Source: a virus | Virus record (IMG/VR): IMGVR_UViG_3300036831_000067 | Location: 8,082-72,081 of that record | DNA length: 64,000 nt | Strand: one strand, 5' to 3' | Shown: one piece after another, positions 54,477 through 64,000 of the stretch | How positions within the stretch are numbered: position 1 is the first letter of the stretch | Layout: each line of letters opens with the position of its first letter | The notes under the pieces: generated by a model | Databases searched by the model: none | Seen by the model: the letters and a program-made list of their open reading frames with translations, nothing else | What the model was told of the DNA's origin: nothing | Made by a program: the position numbers and the translations under genes

Positions 54477-56211
54477 GACTCCCGATCAGATCGCCGCTCA
54501 GATAATGGCTTCGCTGGCCGTTACGTTGCCCACCCTGTCCTGTGGGATCGGTACCCCGGAGCGCAAGATCATCGACGCCTGTGCCGAGGCGATCAGCGCG
54601 GCCTACATCGACCAGTACCTGGTCGGTTCGTTGCTGGACATCGACACCAAGGCCGGGATCGAGCTGGAACAGTTCGTCGGGATCTTCGGTTACGGCCGCC
54701 TGCAGGGCACTTCTTCCACCGGCACGGTCGTGGTGACCCTGACCGTGGCGTCCAACATCGACTTCACGATTCAGCAGGGCGCCCAGTTCTACACCCCGAC
54801 CGGGATTTCCGGGACGACCACCCAGTTGTACTTCTCCTCCACCTCGACGGTGGTGCTGCCCGCCGGGGACATGACGGTGAGTGTGCCGGTGCAGTGCACC
54901 ACGGTGGGGTCGGTGGGCAACCTACCCCCGGGCTCGATCACCAGCATGGCGGCCACGATCGGATCGGCGAGCGTGACCAACCTGCAGGCCCTAATCGGGG
55001 GCACCGATGTCGAGACCGATGCGGAGTTGAGGCAAAGGTTTAAGGACACCTTCTTGCGCAACGTGGCGGGGACCGCCGACTACTACATCGCGCTGTGCCA
55101 GCAGAACAACAACGTCACCAGATGCGTGGCCTACGGCCCGATCGCGCTCTACACCACGCAGATCGCCGCGCCCGCCACCACCCTGACGCTGCCGGTCACT
55201 CAGGATGTCAAGTACGTATGGCCCGGTGAGTCGAGTTGCTTCTTCGACCTGGGCCAGGCCGACGAGGTGTTCTACTCCGACGTCGACGACTACACCCTGT
55301 CCTCGGGGGCCAGCCCGGTGTTCACCCGGATCTCCACTGGCGCGATCGTTGCGGGCACCATCTTGGATCTGGAGTTCCAGTACACCACCGCCTCCTCGCG
55401 CAACAATCCGTCAGCCGGGATCACCAACAAGGTCGACATCTTCTGCGACGGTGTGGCGCCCTATGCGGTGGCCGAGACCACCGTGCTCACCGCGACGGCG
55501 CTGTCGTCCAGCTCGGCCGACCCCCTCTACACCGGGAACTTCGTGCGGGTGGGTTCTGCGGGCAGCCCGACGGCGGGCAACCGGTTCACCCGGCTGGGCA
55601 ACGTGCCGATAGTGAACTTCCCGACCACCGTCACCGTGGGCTCCACCGTTTATGTAATGGGGACGCACTACTTCCAGCTGCAGGACGTCACTCTGCTGCA
55701 GGGCAGCCGGTTGGAGTCCTCGGGTATCGAGTGGGCCGCTGCAGGACCGGCGAACGGGACCCAGTTGGTGTTGCACTACGTCTACAACCAGGTCCCCGAG
55801 GTGCTCGACGCGGTGATGGGCACCAGCAAGCAGCTGACGACCGACGTGCTGGTGCACCAGGCCGAGTACACCTACCTGCAGCCCTGCCTGAACATCGAGT
55901 ACGACCGTTCCTACTCGGTGTCGGTGGTCAATGCCGCCATCGCCAGCCGTCTGACAAGTTGGATCGGCGCCCTGCCGTTCGGTGCCCAGGTCAAGTTGTC
56001 GTCGCTGACCACCGTGGTCACCCAGGTGCTCGGGGTGATCGATTGCAAGATCACCACCAGCACCGACAATCCCTCGCGGTACGGCGTCCAGATGTTCGCC
56101 AACAGCTCCGATCCCACCCCGGCCACGGTCCAGACCACCGACTTCAAGCTCGACGACAGCATGGTCGCGTACTTCCTGGACGCGAAGATCACAAGAATCG
56201 CGACGCCCTGA
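54460..56211 (+). CDS. Baseplate J-like wedge protein
   Basis: 'GSVGN.PPGSIT' and 'GGTDVETDAELRQR' motifs. Confidence 0.9.
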   Translation: MIKISRTPDQIAAQIMASLAVTLPTLSCGIGTPERKIIDACAEAISAAYIDQYLVGSLLDIDTKAGIELEQFVGIFGYGRLQGTSSTGTVVVTLTVASNIDFTIQQGAQFYTPTGISGTTTQLYFSSTSTVVLPAGDMTVSVPVQCTTVGSVGNLPPGSITSMAATIGSASVTNLQALIGGTDVETDAELRQRFKDTFLRNVAGTADYYIALCQQNNNVTRCVAYGPIALYTTQIAAPATTLTLPVTQDVKYVWPGESSCFFDLGQADEVFYSDVDDYTLSSGASPVFTRISTGAIVAGTILDLEFQYTTASSRNNPSAGITNKVDIFCDGVAPYAVAETTVLTATALSSSSADPLYTGNFVRVGSAGSPTAGNRFTRLGNVPIVNFPTTVTVGSTVYVMGTHYFQLQDVTLLQGSRLESSGIEWAAAGPANGTQLVLHYVYNQVPEVLDAVMGTSKQLTTDVLVHQAEYTYLQPCLNIEYDRSYSVSVVNAAIASRLTSWIGALPFGAQVKLSSLTTVVTQVLGVIDCKITTSTDNPSRYGVQMFANSSDPTPATVQTTDFKLDDSMVAYFLDAKITRIATP

Positions 56212-59105
56212 TGCCCAATCAAGATCCATGGCCCTACATGCCGCCCAAGAGCACCGAGCTGCTCTTGATGCACTGCGACGACACGGTCTATACCGCCACC
56301 CCCGACACGAACCTCTACAAGCTCGTGGACGCCATCTGCGGTACCACCGGCGCCTCGGCACTGATCAACGAAATTTTTCTGGCCCGGCTCAACGGTGCAC
56401 TGGAGACGATCTTCTACAGCGACCTCGACTACGCCTTCTCCAAGATCAACTTCCTGTCGCGCAGCCCCGAGGAGAGCTATCCCTACAACCCGCTGGTCGA
56501 CATGCTCACCGCCGACCAATGGAACGAGGTCCGGATCAAGGACGCGTGGTACCGGGCCAGGATCCGGGACTACTTCACCGCCTGCGGAATGGGCCCCACC
56601 ATCGACGCCATCCGGTTGTGCGTGTTGGCCGGACTCAGTTGCGACTGCGACGTGTACGAGGTGTGGCGCTACATCGACGGTTTCGGGCTCACTTCGTCAC
56701 TGGGACGTTCTCCGAGTTCCGCACGCAACGAACTGGTGATCGCTCCGCACAAGACCTTACTGGCGCCCGACGAGATGCGCCTGATCCGTGACATGCTGTC
56801 GCGGTTCCTCACCCTCGACACCGTCATCACGGTCAATGCCAACGGGCTGGCGGTGCGAACCCCGGTGCCGATCGCCGCCGCCGCCGCCGACAGCAGCTAC
56901 TACGAGGTGCAGAAGGTGGTTCAGCCCACTGCCCTGATGACTCAGCTGCCGCCTCCGGATCTGCTGCCGGTTGACCTGTTGCCCAGCGAGCAGTGGATGT
57001 ACAGCCCGAACCCCACCACGGCGCCCTACGGCGCGTTCAACATGACCCAGGAGTACAGCTACTTCTACCTGGCCGGGGGTGGCCGCAACAGCCCCATCGA
57101 CAGCGTCACCTACGGCGTCATCAACTCCCCGCTGTCGAGCAAGATCTTCGTCTACGAACTGTTCGGCACCTTCAGTGGTGTCACCACGACCGTTCCCTCC
57201 GGCAGTTGGATCGCCGGGGCGCTCAACACCCAGCTGTTCCAGTGGACCCGGGTCAGCTTCCCGGCCGATCAGTACCCCATGGAGGCGGCCGTCGCTACCG
57301 GGGTCACCAACCTGATCAACGCCATCAATGCCAACCCCGGTCAGTTCGTGATCATCGGGTACAACATCGGTGCGATCATCGCCAGCGAGGTCTATGACCA
57401 GATCCGCACCGGGTCGCTGACCAGCCGCCAGAATCAGTTCCTGGGCGGGGTGGTGTTCGGTAATGCGCGCCGCCAGCGCGGGTTCACTTTCCCGGGCAAC
57501 GACTACACCCATGGGCAGGGCATCGACGGCAGTGACCTGCTCAGCGACTGCCAGTCGCTGTGGTATGAGTTCGTGGTCCCCGGCGACGTCGCCGCCGATA
57601 TCGATCTCGGGTACGGGTCCGGAGCCAAAGAGGACCAGGCCGGTCAGTGGGCTGTCAGCATGTTTGAGGCCGTCTACCCCAACTACAGCGGCAATGTCAG
57701 CGCCGTCGTGACATCGCTGCCCCTCCCGACCCCACCCACCGCAAGCCAACTCGTCCAGACCATCGTTGACACGTTCTACGGGGTGCCCCCGGACCCCAAC
57801 ACCGCGCACGGTCAGTACCAGAGCTACCAGCCTCTGCTGGACAAGGGGGACTACCGCAGCTGTATCCAGATCGCCGCCGACTACGTCAACAGCCTGGCCA
57901 CCGCGAGCGGGGCGGCATTGGGCCTGGTCCCCGTGACTTATCCGGTGTTCGTCTACGAGGTGGGCGGCACGGAGCTGACCAGCGCGACCGACAGTTGGTT
58001 CTCGTCGAGTCTGGACTCGCGCATGACGTACTGCTGGGTCAACTGGCCCGCCGCCTCTTATCCCATGGACACCTCGGTGGCCAATGGGGTCAGTAACCTG
58101 ATCACCCTGATCAGCCGCAACCCCGGCAGGTTCGCGCTCATCGGGCGCAACCAGGGGGTCCGGGTCATCTCGGCGCTCTACGCCCAGTTGCAGACCGGGG
58201 GGCTGCTGGCACACCGCCTGGCCGATCTGCAGGGGGTGGTGACCTACGGCAGCCCGGTGCGTCAGGCCGGGAAGATCTTCCCCGGCGGCACCGACCCGGG
58301 CGGACACGGTATCGACGGCACCCGTATGTCGTCGACGCCGTCGCTGTGGTGGGACTTCGCCGATCCTCGTGACTCACTGGCCGTCGTGGGCGATGACACC
58401 AACGGGGTATGGATGACCAACCTGTTCGACGCGATCGCCAGTGGTTACACCGGCAACCTGAGCGCGATCACGGGCCAGTTCCTGTCCGCGCCGGTGAACG
58501 TGACGGTGATGGCGTCCAACCTCATCAACGTCATCTACCACGGCGACGGGTTCAGCTACTCCACCAACACCCCGCTGACCGGGGATGGCCGCACCGCCTA
58601 CGAGATCGGGCGCGACTATCTGAACACCTTCGCCAGCATGAGCGAGACCTACATAGCTGCGCCGTCCAACCCTCTGAGTACCTATCTGCCCGAGGCGAAC
58701 TTCGAGTCCTTCAATGTCGTCGCCACCTACGGTCCGTGGCGGACCTACGAGATCGCCGACAGTCCCGATTCCTATCCCGGCGGGAAATTCGGTATCCACC
58801 CCGCGCAGCCACCCGCCGTCAACCCGGACGGGACCGCTTACAACTTCCCGTGGGCTTCTCAGGCGGCCTACGTCACCTTCAAGCAAAACCAGGTCATCAG
58901 CATCGGCGGGCAGGCCGACAACATCCACTACCGGCTTCCGGCGGCGGTCTCCTCGACGACCAAGGAGGTGTTCCTGCCGGAGTATGCCATTGCCTATTCA
59001 CCCCCGGCCCAGGACACCACCGTCAGTACCTCGCTGACCCGTCGCCGGGGCAAGACGGTGAACCAGTCCGGCAGCAATCAGCGTTTCGTGAGGACTTCAC
59101 CGTGA
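56211..59105 (+). CDS. Baseplate wedge protein carrying two inserted cutinase-like domains lacking the catalytic Ser
   Basis: ATG 56211 coupled to baseplate J; GYNIG (57357-57371) and GRNQG (58143-58157) at the GxSxG position. Confidence 0.8.
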   Translation: MPNQDPWPYMPPKSTELLLMHCDDTVYTATPDTNLYKLVDAICGTTGASALINEIFLARLNGALETIFYSDLDYAFSKINFLSRSPEESYPYNPLVDMLTADQWNEVRIKDAWYRARIRDYFTACGMGPTIDAIRLCVLAGLSCDCDVYEVWRYIDGFGLTSSLGRSPSSARNELVIAPHKTLLAPDEMRLIRDMLSRFLTLDTVITVNANGLAVRTPVPIAAAAADSSYYEVQKVVQPTALMTQLPPPDLLPVDLLPSEQWMYSPNPTTAPYGAFNMTQEYSYFYLAGGGRNSPIDSVTYGVINSPLSSKIFVYELFGTFSGVTTTVPSGSWIAGALNTQLFQWTRVSFPADQYPMEAAVATGVTNLINAINANPGQFVIIGYNIGAIIASEVYDQIRTGSLTSRQNQFLGGVVFGNARRQRGFTFPGNDYTHGQGIDGSDLLSDCQSLWYEFVVPGDVAADIDLGYGSGAKEDQAGQWAVSMFEAVYPNYSGNVSAVVTSLPLPTPPTASQLVQTIVDTFYGVPPDPNTAHGQYQSYQPLLDKGDYRSCIQIAADYVNSLATASGAALGLVPVTYPVFVYEVGGTELTSATDSWFSSSLDSRMTYCWVNWPAASYPMDTSVANGVSNLITLISRNPGRFALIGRNQGVRVISALYAQLQTGGLLAHRLADLQGVVTYGSPVRQAGKIFPGGTDPGGHGIDGTRMSSTPSLWWDFADPRDSLAVVGDDTNGVWMTNLFDAIASGYTGNLSAITGQFLSAPVNVTVMASNLINVIYHGDGFSYSTNTPLTGDGRTAYEIGRDYLNTFASMSETYIAAPSNPLSTYLPEANFESFNVVATYGPWRTYEIADSPDSYPGGKFGIHPAQPPAVNPDGTAYNFPWASQAAYVTFKQNQVISIGGQADNIHYRLPAAVSSTTKEVFLPEYAIAYSPPAQDTTVSTSLTRRRGKTVNQSGSNQRFVRTSP

Positions 59106-62100
59106 CCAGTCCCAGCGCGCTGGACGGAATGTACTACAACTACCACTGGCCTCTGACGCTGGTGAACCTGCTCAACGACCTCATCGGCGCCCAGCAGTCC
59201 TCACCGAACACCCCGGCACCTCCGCTGCTGCCGGTGGTTCGGGTGTGGTTCTCTCAGCCCAGGCCCAGCACGGACCCCTCCGGCGAGATCCTCACCGTGA
59301 ATTTCAAGCTGCCGGTGTCGATCGGGGAGTTCTCCATCGAGATCCTGCGGGTGTCGTGCACGATGCAGGTCTGGTACCAGGACAGGTCCAACAACTGGAT
59401 CCAGATGCCCGACGAGAACTACCAGCCCGTGCAGATCACGCTGTCCTCGTCCCAGAGTGTGGGCTGGTACACGTGGCACGTCTACACCTACCCGATCGTC
59501 GCGAAGGCGATCCAGTTCCGCATCGTCCGCCGGGCCGACCCCACGCTGGGCAACAGGCCCTACAACATCGGGCTGCGTAACGGACTGCTGCGCCGCAACA
59601 TCTACAACCGCTCGGCGGGGACCCAGACCATGGAATCCGAGCAGGATGTGCTGGGCGACACCATCACCAAGTACATCCAGGACTGGGACGCCTCCCAGGC
59701 CATCGATGACAACCCAAACACGTTCTGGCGGTCGGCACCGCAGCCCGATCCCTCGGCGGTGGCCTCGCTCTACCTGAACTTCCTCAACCCCGACAACACC
59801 GGGCAGCTGGTCGACGCGTTGTACATCGATCCGGTCTACACCGGTCAGAACCTCAACGTCTACTACAGCAACGACGACACGGTGGGCACCCTCACGTTGT
59901 CACCGGTCGGCCTGCCGCCCGACACCGACGAGAACACGGCATGGAAGGCCGGGGTGGGACGCTCGGATATCTCCGCTCTGACGGGCACCAGCATCTACCA
60001 GTTCCCGGTGGCCTGGGGACCCCTGGTGAAACAGGACTGCTGGGTAGGGGTGCAGTGGGCTCCGGACTTCTCCCCGGCCGCCTCCAATGCGGTGCAGCAG
60101 ATCACCATCAACGGCAACGTCACCGGCGGGACCCTTCTTCTGTACTTCGAGGGCCACCCCACCCCACCCATCTCCTACACCCCCAGCACCAACGCCAACG
60201 TCATCCAGACGGCCCTGGCCGCCGTGCCCGAGATAGGAACCGGCAACGTCGCGGTCACCGGCCCGGCCGGTGGTCCCTACATCGTGGTCTTCCAGGGGGC
60301 CCTGGGCGGGGTGGCCATCCCCACCATGACCTATGACGACACGGACCTGACCGGAACCTCGATCGTCGTCATTATCCAGACCAACACCGTTGGCGGGGTC
60401 TCCAGCCTGCCCCCGCAGAACCCGGTACTGTTCCAGGTCAGCCCGGGAATGAACGCGGTGCAGACCATCACCATCAACGGCACGGCTACCGGCGGCTCGT
60501 TTCAGCTGAGCCTGGACGGGGTGAACTACACGACCGCGATCCCCTGGTCGGCCACCGGCAGCAACATCCAGACGGACCTGGCCGCCCTGGCGGCGATCGG
60601 TACCGGCAACGTCCTGGTCGTCGGGGATGCCGGGGGGCCGTGGTCGGTGACCTTCCAGGGTGCGCTGGCCCAGCAGAACGTCGCCACCATGGTCGCGACC
60701 AGTGCCCTGACCGGCGGGACCCCGGCGCCCTCGGTGAAGGTGATCACCACCACCACCGGATCACCCCCGCCCAACCCGGGCAGTGCCCAGTACTGGCCGA
60801 GGCTGTACTACGACGTCGGCGCCGGGGAGATCGTCCTGGAACTGACCAACGGCACCACCGCCCAGACCTACTCGGCCGCGCTGTCCCCGATATTCGTCAA
60901 GAATGCTCCGCTGGCGATCGTGGCCGGGTGGAGATATAACCCGTCGACCGTGTTCATTTCGGTGGTACGCGCCGACGGTACCCAGATCGGCACCACCACC
61001 GCCACCCCCAGCAATCTGCCCACCCAAATCACCCTGGACGGCGAGGTGGGGTATCAAGACTTCCGGGGCATCATGACCGCCACCGTCGTCAAGCTGGAGA
61101 ACTGGACGGCCGGGCAGTCGGCCTTTCAGGCCAACCCCACGATGTACGTCAACCCCAACCCGACGCAGCCCAACCCCAACACCGGCGTCGTGCCCAGCAC
61201 CACCCTGGACAACGCCATTTTCGCGGTCGACTGGACACTGCAGGACATGGGGTGCGGCGGCGGACACTCCAGCTTCTACACCTCGAAGATGTGGACTCCG
61301 ATCTTCGCCAATTACATCGCTCAGAAGGGTTGGCTGTACTTCCCCCAGCCGGTGATGCTGAAGTTTTTGCAACTGGAGTTCTCCAATCTGACCGAAGAGA
61401 GCTACCCGGTCTACGACTCGGGCGTACAGGTGATGTACCTGACGTTCCCACTCTCGGTCACCCTGGCCTCACCGACCCCCTCTTCGCTGGCCACCGTGGC
61501 CGGACTGCTCTCCGTTGACGGGCAGGCGCTCGGGGGCGGCATCGGCAGCGTTAACTGGCTGAACTCTTCGTCGATCAACGCGGCGGTCCGGTCGGTGTTC
61601 GGCACCACCGTGCCGCCGCTCACCGTGCAGACCGGCCCGGGCACCGTCTCGACGTCGCTGCCCAACACCGTGGGCTCGACGGCCTCGGGCACCAGCGTCG
61701 AGCAGGGCACCGCGTGGGTGTATCGCCGAGCGCTGCCCAACACCCAGGTGCTGGCCTCCCAGCAGCTCAATGCCATCACCTCCAACACCGGCAGCCAGGG
61801 CGTGGTCCCGGCCACCAACAGCTCCATCCCCAACATCTCCGGGTCGATGACTCCGCTGATCACCTTCTCCCCGGGGTCCACGTCACTGCCTCTGCAGGGG
61901 GCGGACTGGTGGATCGTGCCCGGCCAGACCCTGGCGCTTCCAGCCACCGTGATGAACGGACTGACCCAGAACACCCGGGTGGCCCTGAATCGTAAGGCCA
62001 GCAGCGCCTACCGAATGCGGTTCACCGCCACGTGCATTCACCAGTACGAGACCGCGACTGCCGTGCGCGACGCGGCGATCGCCTACTACGCCGGGGTCCG

Positions 62101-63553
62101 TGAGATCAGTGCGTTCATCACCAACTACATCGCCACCCAGGATCCCCCGGTCTTCTCGTTCAGCCCCTACGATCCCCACCAGTGGACTTTCGTCAACGTG
62201 CGACAGCTCGACACCGGACCGATCTCCACGGCGGGCATCACCTATCAGATCCAAAACCCCCTGTTCGACACCGACCTGAGTAACTGGACCCCGGTGCACG
62301 GCATCTGGTCACTGGATCCCGCCCAGGGCAAGTGGCAGTACGGGGCGGCGACGGTCACCGCCGACGGCACCGAGAAGGAGCTGCTCTCCGAGGAGATGAC
62401 GGCCTGGCCCCAGGTGACTGCGGGCGCCCATTTCTCCGTCAGCGTCTGGGTGCAGTGGTTCGACGCCACCTCGACCGGGCAGCCCGTCATCCTGGCGGCC
62501 AACTACTACACCGACAGCGGGGCGACCTACGTCAGCCAGCAAACCGCGTCGATGGCGGCCACCGGGACCAACCTGTGGGCCACCGGCGGGGAGGGTGGTG
62601 CGCAGCTCACCGGGAGCTTCACGGTGCCCAGTGGGGTGGACACCATCCTGATCAGTCTGATCGTGGGCGCCACCGCCACGGCCGGAAAGTTCTGGTTCGA
62701 CACCGTGCTGCCCGCCTCTACCGACACCGTGGAGGCCACTACCTACATCGACCTGATCACCACCAGCACCTTCGTCAAGGTGGACTGCTCGTTCAGTGAC
62801 TCCGGGCTGGTGCGTTCCGATGACATGTGGGCCGAGGTCGACCTGACCAACACCAATATCTCGGCAACGCAGCTGGCCTGGTACACCACCACCATCCCGT
62901 CCACGATTCCTTCGGGCACCTGGGGGGACACCATCGCGAAGTGGACCGACCCCGTCATCACCTGGGGCGAGCCGTTCTCCGAGGTCGCGATCACCATTGA
63001 CCCCAACATGGTCTACAACGGCAAGCGGGTCCTGCACTTCACCCGGGCGGCCGGGGCTGAAGAGGCCGGGATCCAGGTGCGCCAGGTCACCAACTTCGTC
63101 AGGAACGGTTTATTCCGGCTGTGCATTACCTATCTCAAGCTCACCGCCAGCGCCAACCAGATCGTGTTGCGGTTGCGCCGGGTCAGCGACGGGGTCTACA
63201 TCTACGAGGAGGCCATCACCCCGCAGGTGGGCACGTGGTGGACCTACAAGACCCACTTCCAGGAGATCCCGGACTCACCGGATCAGATCTATACCCTGGA
63301 GGCGGTGCTGCAGGGCGATGCCGCCGACGACATCTACCTCAACGACACCTGGACCGAGATCGCGAACATCCGCTACTTCGCGCGCCTGGGCGGTTCGGGG
63401 GCCTTCCTGCACGATGTCACCGAACTGGCCTACAACGACACCGCGATCGTGTCCACCACCGTGCCGGTCAACGAACTCGTGGTGCAGTCCACCATTCTGT
63501 CGCCGACGGCCTGGGCATACGGTGCGCGGTTAACCCCCAACTACCTGCGCTGA
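59102..63553 (+). CDS. Large baseplate/tail protein with two 'NAVQ.ITING..TGG' domains and CBM-like domains
   Basis: GTGA coupling at 59102; tandem repeat domains at ~60085-60760; NPLFDTDLSNW carbohydrate-binding-like module. Confidence 0.8.
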   Translation: MTSPSALDGMYYNYHWPLTLVNLLNDLIGAQQSSPNTPAPPLLPVVRVWFSQPRPSTDPSGEILTVNFKLPVSIGEFSIEILRVSCTMQVWYQDRSNNWIQMPDENYQPVQITLSSSQSVGWYTWHVYTYPIVAKAIQFRIVRRADPTLGNRPYNIGLRNGLLRRNIYNRSAGTQTMESEQDVLGDTITKYIQDWDASQAIDDNPNTFWRSAPQPDPSAVASLYLNFLNPDNTGQLVDALYIDPVYTGQNLNVYYSNDDTVGTLTLSPVGLPPDTDENTAWKAGVGRSDISALTGTSIYQFPVAWGPLVKQDCWVGVQWAPDFSPAASNAVQQITINGNVTGGTLLLYFEGHPTPPISYTPSTNANVIQTALAAVPEIGTGNVAVTGPAGGPYIVVFQGALGGVAIPTMTYDDTDLTGTSIVVIIQTNTVGGVSSLPPQNPVLFQVSPGMNAVQTITINGTATGGSFQLSLDGVNYTTAIPWSATGSNIQTDLAALAAIGTGNVLVVGDAGGPWSVTFQGALAQQNVATMVATSALTGGTPAPSVKVITTTTGSPPPNPGSAQYWPRLYYDVGAGEIVLELTNGTTAQTYSAALSPIFVKNAPLAIVAGWRYNPSTVFISVVRADGTQIGTTTATPSNLPTQITLDGEVGYQDFRGIMTATVVKLENWTAGQSAFQANPTMYVNPNPTQPNPNTGVVPSTTLDNAIFAVDWTLQDMGCGGGHSSFYTSKMWTPIFANYIAQKGWLYFPQPVMLKFLQLEFSNLTEESYPVYDSGVQVMYLTFPLSVTLASPTPSSLATVAGLLSVDGQALGGGIGSVNWLNSSSINAAVRSVFGTTVPPLTVQTGPGTVSTSLPNTVGSTASGTSVEQGTAWVYRRALPNTQVLASQQLNAITSNTGSQGVVPATNSSIPNISGSMTPLITFSPGSTSLPLQGADWWIVPGQTLALPATVMNGLTQNTRVALNRKASSAYRMRFTATCIHQYETATAVRDAAIAYYAGVREISAFITNYIATQDPPVFSFSPYDPHQWTFVNVRQLDTGPISTAGITYQIQNPLFDTDLSNWTPVHGIWSLDPAQGKWQYGAATVTADGTEKELLSEEMTAWPQVTAGAHFSVSVWVQWFDATSTGQPVILAANYYTDSGATYVSQQTASMAATGTNLWATGGEGGAQLTGSFTVPSGVDTILISLIVGATATAGKFWFDTVLPASTDTVEATTYIDLITTSTFVKVDCSFSDSGLVRSDDMWAEVDLTNTNISATQLAWYTTTIPSTIPSGTWGDTIAKWTDPVITWGEPFSEVAITIDPNMVYNGKRVLHFTRAAGAEEAGIQVRQVTNFVRNGLFRLCITYLKLTASANQIVLRLRRVSDGVYIYEEAITPQVGTWWTYKTHFQEIPDSPDQIYTLEAVLQGDAADDIYLNDTWTEIANIRYFARLGGSGAFLHDVTELAYNDTAIVSTTVPVNELVVQSTILSPTAWAYGARLTPNYLR

Positions 63554-63561
63554 TCAATTTT

Positions 63562-63595
63562 TTGCGCGGAGTTCTTTCGCGTGCCATTATAGGTA
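63562..63595 (+). promoter_or_regulatory. Candidate host-type promoter after the structural operon
   Basis: TTGCGC-N17-CATTAT overlapping TATAGGTA in an AT-rich gap. Confidence 0.45.
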
Positions 63596-63652
63596 CATTG
63601 GAATAAACCTAGTGGTGATCCCGTTCCGATAAACGGAAGGAGGGCCGCCAAG

Positions 63653-63853
63653 ATGAGGATTCACACCGACGACGGTTACGAGTCGGAACTCAAGCGTATG
63701 CAGTTTCGGGCGGCACGCGCCCGCGCGGAGCAGGCCCGTCATGAGCTTGAGCGGGCCGAGGGCTCCGAGATCCCCCAGCGCACTGCCGAGTTGCAGGGCG
63801 CCGAGCGCATGCTCGCCATGCGCGCCAGGGAATTGTGGGGTGAGGCGGCATGA
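63653..63853 (+). CDS. Small hypothetical protein
   Basis: AAGGAGG RBS. Confidence 0.7.
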   Translation: MRIHTDDGYESELKRMQFRAARARAEQARHELERAEGSEIPQRTAELQGAERMLAMRARELWGEAA

Positions 63854-64000
63854 AGCGGATAGTTGCAGGACTGACGCTGGTTGGTGGCAAGGGCCGTTAC
63901 ACCACCGAGGATGGCCGTTACGTCATCGAGCGCGATTACAACGCTATGACCAACTGCGATGGCCCTCATCCGGTCCGTACGGGCCGGGGCCGTGGTTACC
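63850..64000 (+). CDS. Hypothetical protein, 3' truncated by window edge
   Basis: GAGG RBS, ATGA coupling, open to the window end. Confidence 0.6.
   Translation, partial: MKRIVAGLTLVGGKGRYTTEDGRYVIERDYNAMTNCDGPHPVRTGRGRGY

Larger units (their letters stand above)
1..64000 (+). mobile_element. Segment of a large myoviral actinobacteriophage genome (mycobacteriophage cluster C-like organisation)
   Basis: Co-oriented, tightly packed genes with ATGA/GTGA overlaps. Order is portal, protease, capsid, neck, sheath, tube, chaperones, tape measure, baseplate. LysB-like esterase and high GC point to a mycolic-acid-containing host. No host housekeeping genes. Confidence 0.93.

Noticed and set aside
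55236-56210. 5' extension of ORF 55236..59105 (likewise 58409, 37962 and 7401 extensions)
   Set aside because: They overlap upstream genes in another frame; coupled starts at 56211, 59102, 38541 and 7557 fit better.
1-64000. tRNA, tmRNA, integrase, terminase or inteins
   Set aside because: No cloverleaf, recombinase, terminase ATPase or intein splice motifs recognised by eye; tRNAscan-SE and HMM searches are needed to exclude them formally.

Overview
This window is part of a large, high-GC actinobacteriophage genome with a contractile tail. Gene order resembles mycobacteriophage cluster C (Bxz1/Myrna type); that placement is inferred from synteny and motifs, not from a search. Every credible gene is on the + strand. 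Positions ~1-5.5 kb hold small early-type genes plus a DUF932-like gene. Positions ~5.6-8.9 kb hold membrane proteins, a LysB/cutinase-like esterase and a DUF1003 gene. The head module (8.9-25.4 kb) has a 1286-aa mosaic protein, HNH endonuclease, portal, 2H phosphoesterase, SWIM-finger protein, prohead protease/scaffold, decoration protein and major capsid protein. Virion surface proteins with a methyltransferase, glycosyltransferase and GNAT follow (25.9-38.5 kb). The remainder (38.5-63.5 kb) encodes neck, sheath, tube, frameshifting chaperones, tape measure and baseplate. Notable signals: (1) a recurring basic-run + [K/R]-x-A motif that divides the large head proteins into modules, suggesting a protease-processed, capsid-packaged polyprotein cargo system; (2) a repeated CTGT-N21-24-(A/G/T)AAG(G) motif, a candidate phage late promoter, with one copy inside the protease gene; (3) two cutinase-like domains in a baseplate protein, both with the nucleophile Ser replaced by Asn; (4) an endonuclease gene that appears to have captured the start of baseplate J; (5) AT-rich recoded patches inside core structural genes. 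No tRNA, rRNA, CRISPR array, terminase or endolysin was recognised.
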